The notes beneath the pieces are model-generated. The model was not told where the DNA came from. It searched no databases and saw only the letters and a list, made by a program, of their open reading frames with translations. From the NCBI GenBank assembly GCA_965153285.1, contig OZ229120.1: a stretch of 64,000 nucleotides of DNA, one strand, 5' to 3'. The stretch is from Podarcis tiliguerta (Eukaryota). The number at the start of each line of letters is the position of its first letter. Positions within the stretch are counted from its first letter, which is position 1. Of the stretch, positions 1-64,000 are shown in pieces. Position numbers and translations under genes: made by a program.

Positions 1-1049
1 AGTGGAAGTTGCAAGCCCAGCAAACTTCAAACAAGGTTTCTGGCGATAAATGCCTCTCTTCCTGCCCCCCCCCCACTCCCAAAGCAGTGCATCTCTTCTT
101 AGGGGATTGTTCCTGTACTTGGGTTGAGGTGTGAAACTTCACCTGGGGTGCAGCCATCTTTTGGTAAAGACCCCTCTTCCTTTTTCCAATGCCTGCATCT
201 CCAGGCCTGCCCCCTCTGCTCCAATGTGCTTAGTCACTTAGAGATAGTTAGTGTTCTTTGACACTGGAAATGAATGGCTGTTTACTCTGTGGGCTGAAAC
301 GGTGGGACCGTCATTGATGTGCCCTCAGAAGAAACGAGATTTTGCAGGGCAATGCCGTTCGCCCTCAAGAGAACGCACAAGTAGCAGGCCAATCCTTCAG
401 ACATGTCCCAAACAGTCTAGCGCCTTTTTCTCTTAAACAAAATTGAAGCTTTTTCCATCAGAAAAAAAGTTGCCTTCTTAATTATTAAGATTTCCGCCCC
501 AGCCTTCCAGTCCGTAGTCAGAAAAGTAAGCAGAAAAAGTAAGCAGAAAAGACAGCTTTCAGTAGAACTCAGAAAGAGATGGTGCTTCACACAATACGCT
601 GCTCTGGGATGCTGAATACTGAGCATGGAAAAGCGGGTTTTGTTTCGCTGCTCCAGCAGTTTCTGAATGGAGCTGAGTGTCAGCAGACCCCGCTGTGCTG
701 AGCCAGGTTGGGGGGCTTGCTGGAAGAGAGAGACCCCTTTTTGAGGAGGGTCCTTGAGCATCTGAAGCTGAGGAATGCAAATCCACATAGGAAATACAGC
801 CTGCTTTGGGCAGGGATTAAAGTAGCATAGGAGCCGGAATAATGTTGAAGGGGTGCATTTAAATGCTTATTTAAATACTGTCCCCCAAGCTGTGAGCCAC
901 TGTGTGGAGATGAGGCAGTTCTGTGTACTGCTCGGAACTCTCCCTTGACTTTTCAGTTGCCCCAGAGAGAAACCAGCAATCAGGACCTGGTCTCTTGCAA
1001 CTGGCATTCAGAACCATGTCTATCACCTCCAACTGCAGCGGCAGAGCAG

Positions 1050-1166
1050 AGCCAGCGTGGCCCATAGCCATCGATCGCTGTCTCCCCCATGAGTTTGTCC
1101 CATCCTCTTTTAAAGCCATCTGAGTTGGTGGCCCTCGCTGCCCCCTGTGGCAGGGAGTTCCACAGT
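1050..1166 (-). mobile_element. Degenerate CR1-like LINE 3' fragment
   Basis: Minus strand has tgtggaactccctgccacagggg...gatggctttaaaagaggatgggacaaactcatgg, typical of the CR1 ORF2 end. Boundaries approximate. Confidence 0.55.
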
Positions 1167-1171
1167 CGTCG

Positions 1172-1299
1172 TTAATAATAATAATATTTATTTATTTATT
1201 TATTTATACATACATACATACATATATACATACCCCTCCCATCTGGCTGGGTTTCTCCAGCCACTCTGGGCGGCTTCCAACGGAATATTAAAATACAAT
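1172..1299 (-). mobile_element. L2-type LINE 3' tail with TAAA/ATT microsatellite end
   Basis: Reverse complement matches the 3' end of the element at 45539..46008 (ttgtattttaatatt..gttggaagccgcccagagtggctgg..aaacccagccagatggg). Confidence 0.8.
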
Positions 1300-1308
1300 C
1301 CTCCCCCC

Positions 1309-1610
<302 letters not shown>

Positions 1611-3069
1611 GAGGGTTTAACTGGACTTCCTGGCTCTGCTCCGAGCGCCTGTTCCTCTCCTCCTCCTCCTCCTCCAGGACCCTTCAGCACCCACAATTTT
1701 ACCCCTATTTATTTTTAAGGAACAGCTGCAAATGCTAACTCTCACCAGGTTTATGGTAAATCTTTCTTACCGATGCAAAATAATAGTTACAGAAACTGGC
1801 TGAGTTTCTTGCTTACTAGGCCAGTCGCAGTTGGTGTAGAATTATGTAATTGTCCAAGGTTTCAATTCTGTGAAACCTTGCACATTTCTCAGTTGTGAGG
1901 AGGTGGCCCAATAAAAATGTCTTCTGTATTGTATACGTCTCTCCTGCCACTAGTGCTCACTAGAGCAACAGCAAGGAAAGAGGCACCTGTCTTCTTCCTA
2001 ACCACCTAAGTTTTTTTGTGCAATGAAGAGGCATGCAAATTTTGTTAAATTCATAATAAGAAGGGTATTCCTGCCGCCAAGGAGATTGCAATCTAACCTT
2101 CAGCATGGGGAGGGGGAGAACGTTCTGTTCACTTGCCTGTATCTTCATCAAGGGATGAGGACTAAGTGGTTGTGCTGAGCCTTCCCTTAACTGATTTTAG
2201 GATCTTAGCAGATGACCTTAAAGCTATAAAAAGAAAGCTTCTGTATGCAGGCAAGGCCTTTTCTGTGTGTTCTTTCATCATTTTTCTTCTTGTGAAAATG
2301 ATAACTGCACACAGACAAATCTGTGCCCCTACAAAGACGTACCTTGAAGCTGGAACTGGCTTGTGCCTGCGCCTCTTAGGGAGCAGGGCAGAGCTGCTGG
2401 CTGCATGCCAAGGTGCACTTTAGGCAGGTAATGGATACGCCGGGATATTGTACTTGAGGGGGATAACTAGAGAGGGCTCTGCTGCTAAGACTTCAATTTT
2501 GATAAAATTCCGGTCTCTGTGGTGGAAAAGGAAACCATTCTCATAAAGCAAATTTGGGGGAAGGTGAAGGCATCCTTTACTTGTTTCAAGAGTCAGACCT
2601 TCCTGCTCACCACTTGGCCCCAGGACCTTCATTCAGTTGGAAGGCTGAAATGGAACAGCAGGTTATACCGGCATGCTTGCAAAAATAGATTTGTCTGCTG
2701 CACGGGTGCAATTTTGTTGGATTACGTGGCCCAAGCTAGTGTGTGTGTGTGTGTGTGTATGTGTGCATTGCTTTTTTTCTCCACTGACTCCGATACACAG
2801 CGTCTCTGTCCCTTCTCTTGACAGCCGCTTCTGATGAGTCTTAATCCTTGGCTGAGAGAGCCTTGCTGGGCAGGCAGTGAGGGGCACAGGCCTCGGCCGC
2901 TTTGTGGCATGATGAGAGGGCGCCAACGCGGCCACTGAGGATGTGCGCCGGCAGAGGCACCCTAAGGCTAGAAGATGACATTGCTTCTGTGCTTAGAACA
3001 TCTGCTGTGAAACTCCTAACTGGGCAGCCCTCTCAGAAGCAGAAGGCCCTGCTGTTTCTGGAGGAGAAG

Positions 3070-64000
<60,931 letters not shown>

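Overview
Eukaryotic (vertebrate) genomic DNA. The repeat content (Squam-type tRNA SINEs, CR1, L2, BovB tail, hAT MITEs) points to a squamate reptile, probably a lizard. The window lies within one large plus-strand gene, UNC13B (Munc13-2). It holds the ~2.3-kb N-terminal coding exon of the brain-type isoform (bMunc13-2-like), a 23-nt and a 6-nt microexon, and the exons for the C1, C2B and first part of the MUN domain. The gene continues past base 64000. All called exons have AG/GT boundaries and join in one continuous reading frame. Most notable observations: (1) the brain-type exon encodes a coiled coil followed by a segment with the motif pattern of a non-LTR retrotransposon ORF1p RRM domain, a candidate domesticated ORF1p module fused to a synaptic priming factor; (2) a candidate in-frame 153-nt cassette exon that would insert an E/K/Q/N/D low-complexity loop into the MUN domain; (3) a canonical REST/RE1 site in the intron after the brain-type exon; (4) a polyubiquitin retrocopy with no poly(A), fused directly to an L2-type LINE 3' tail; (5) four copies of an old foldback element, one with a young hAT MITE nested inside. 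Homology statements rest on recalled family sequences and were not checked by database search.
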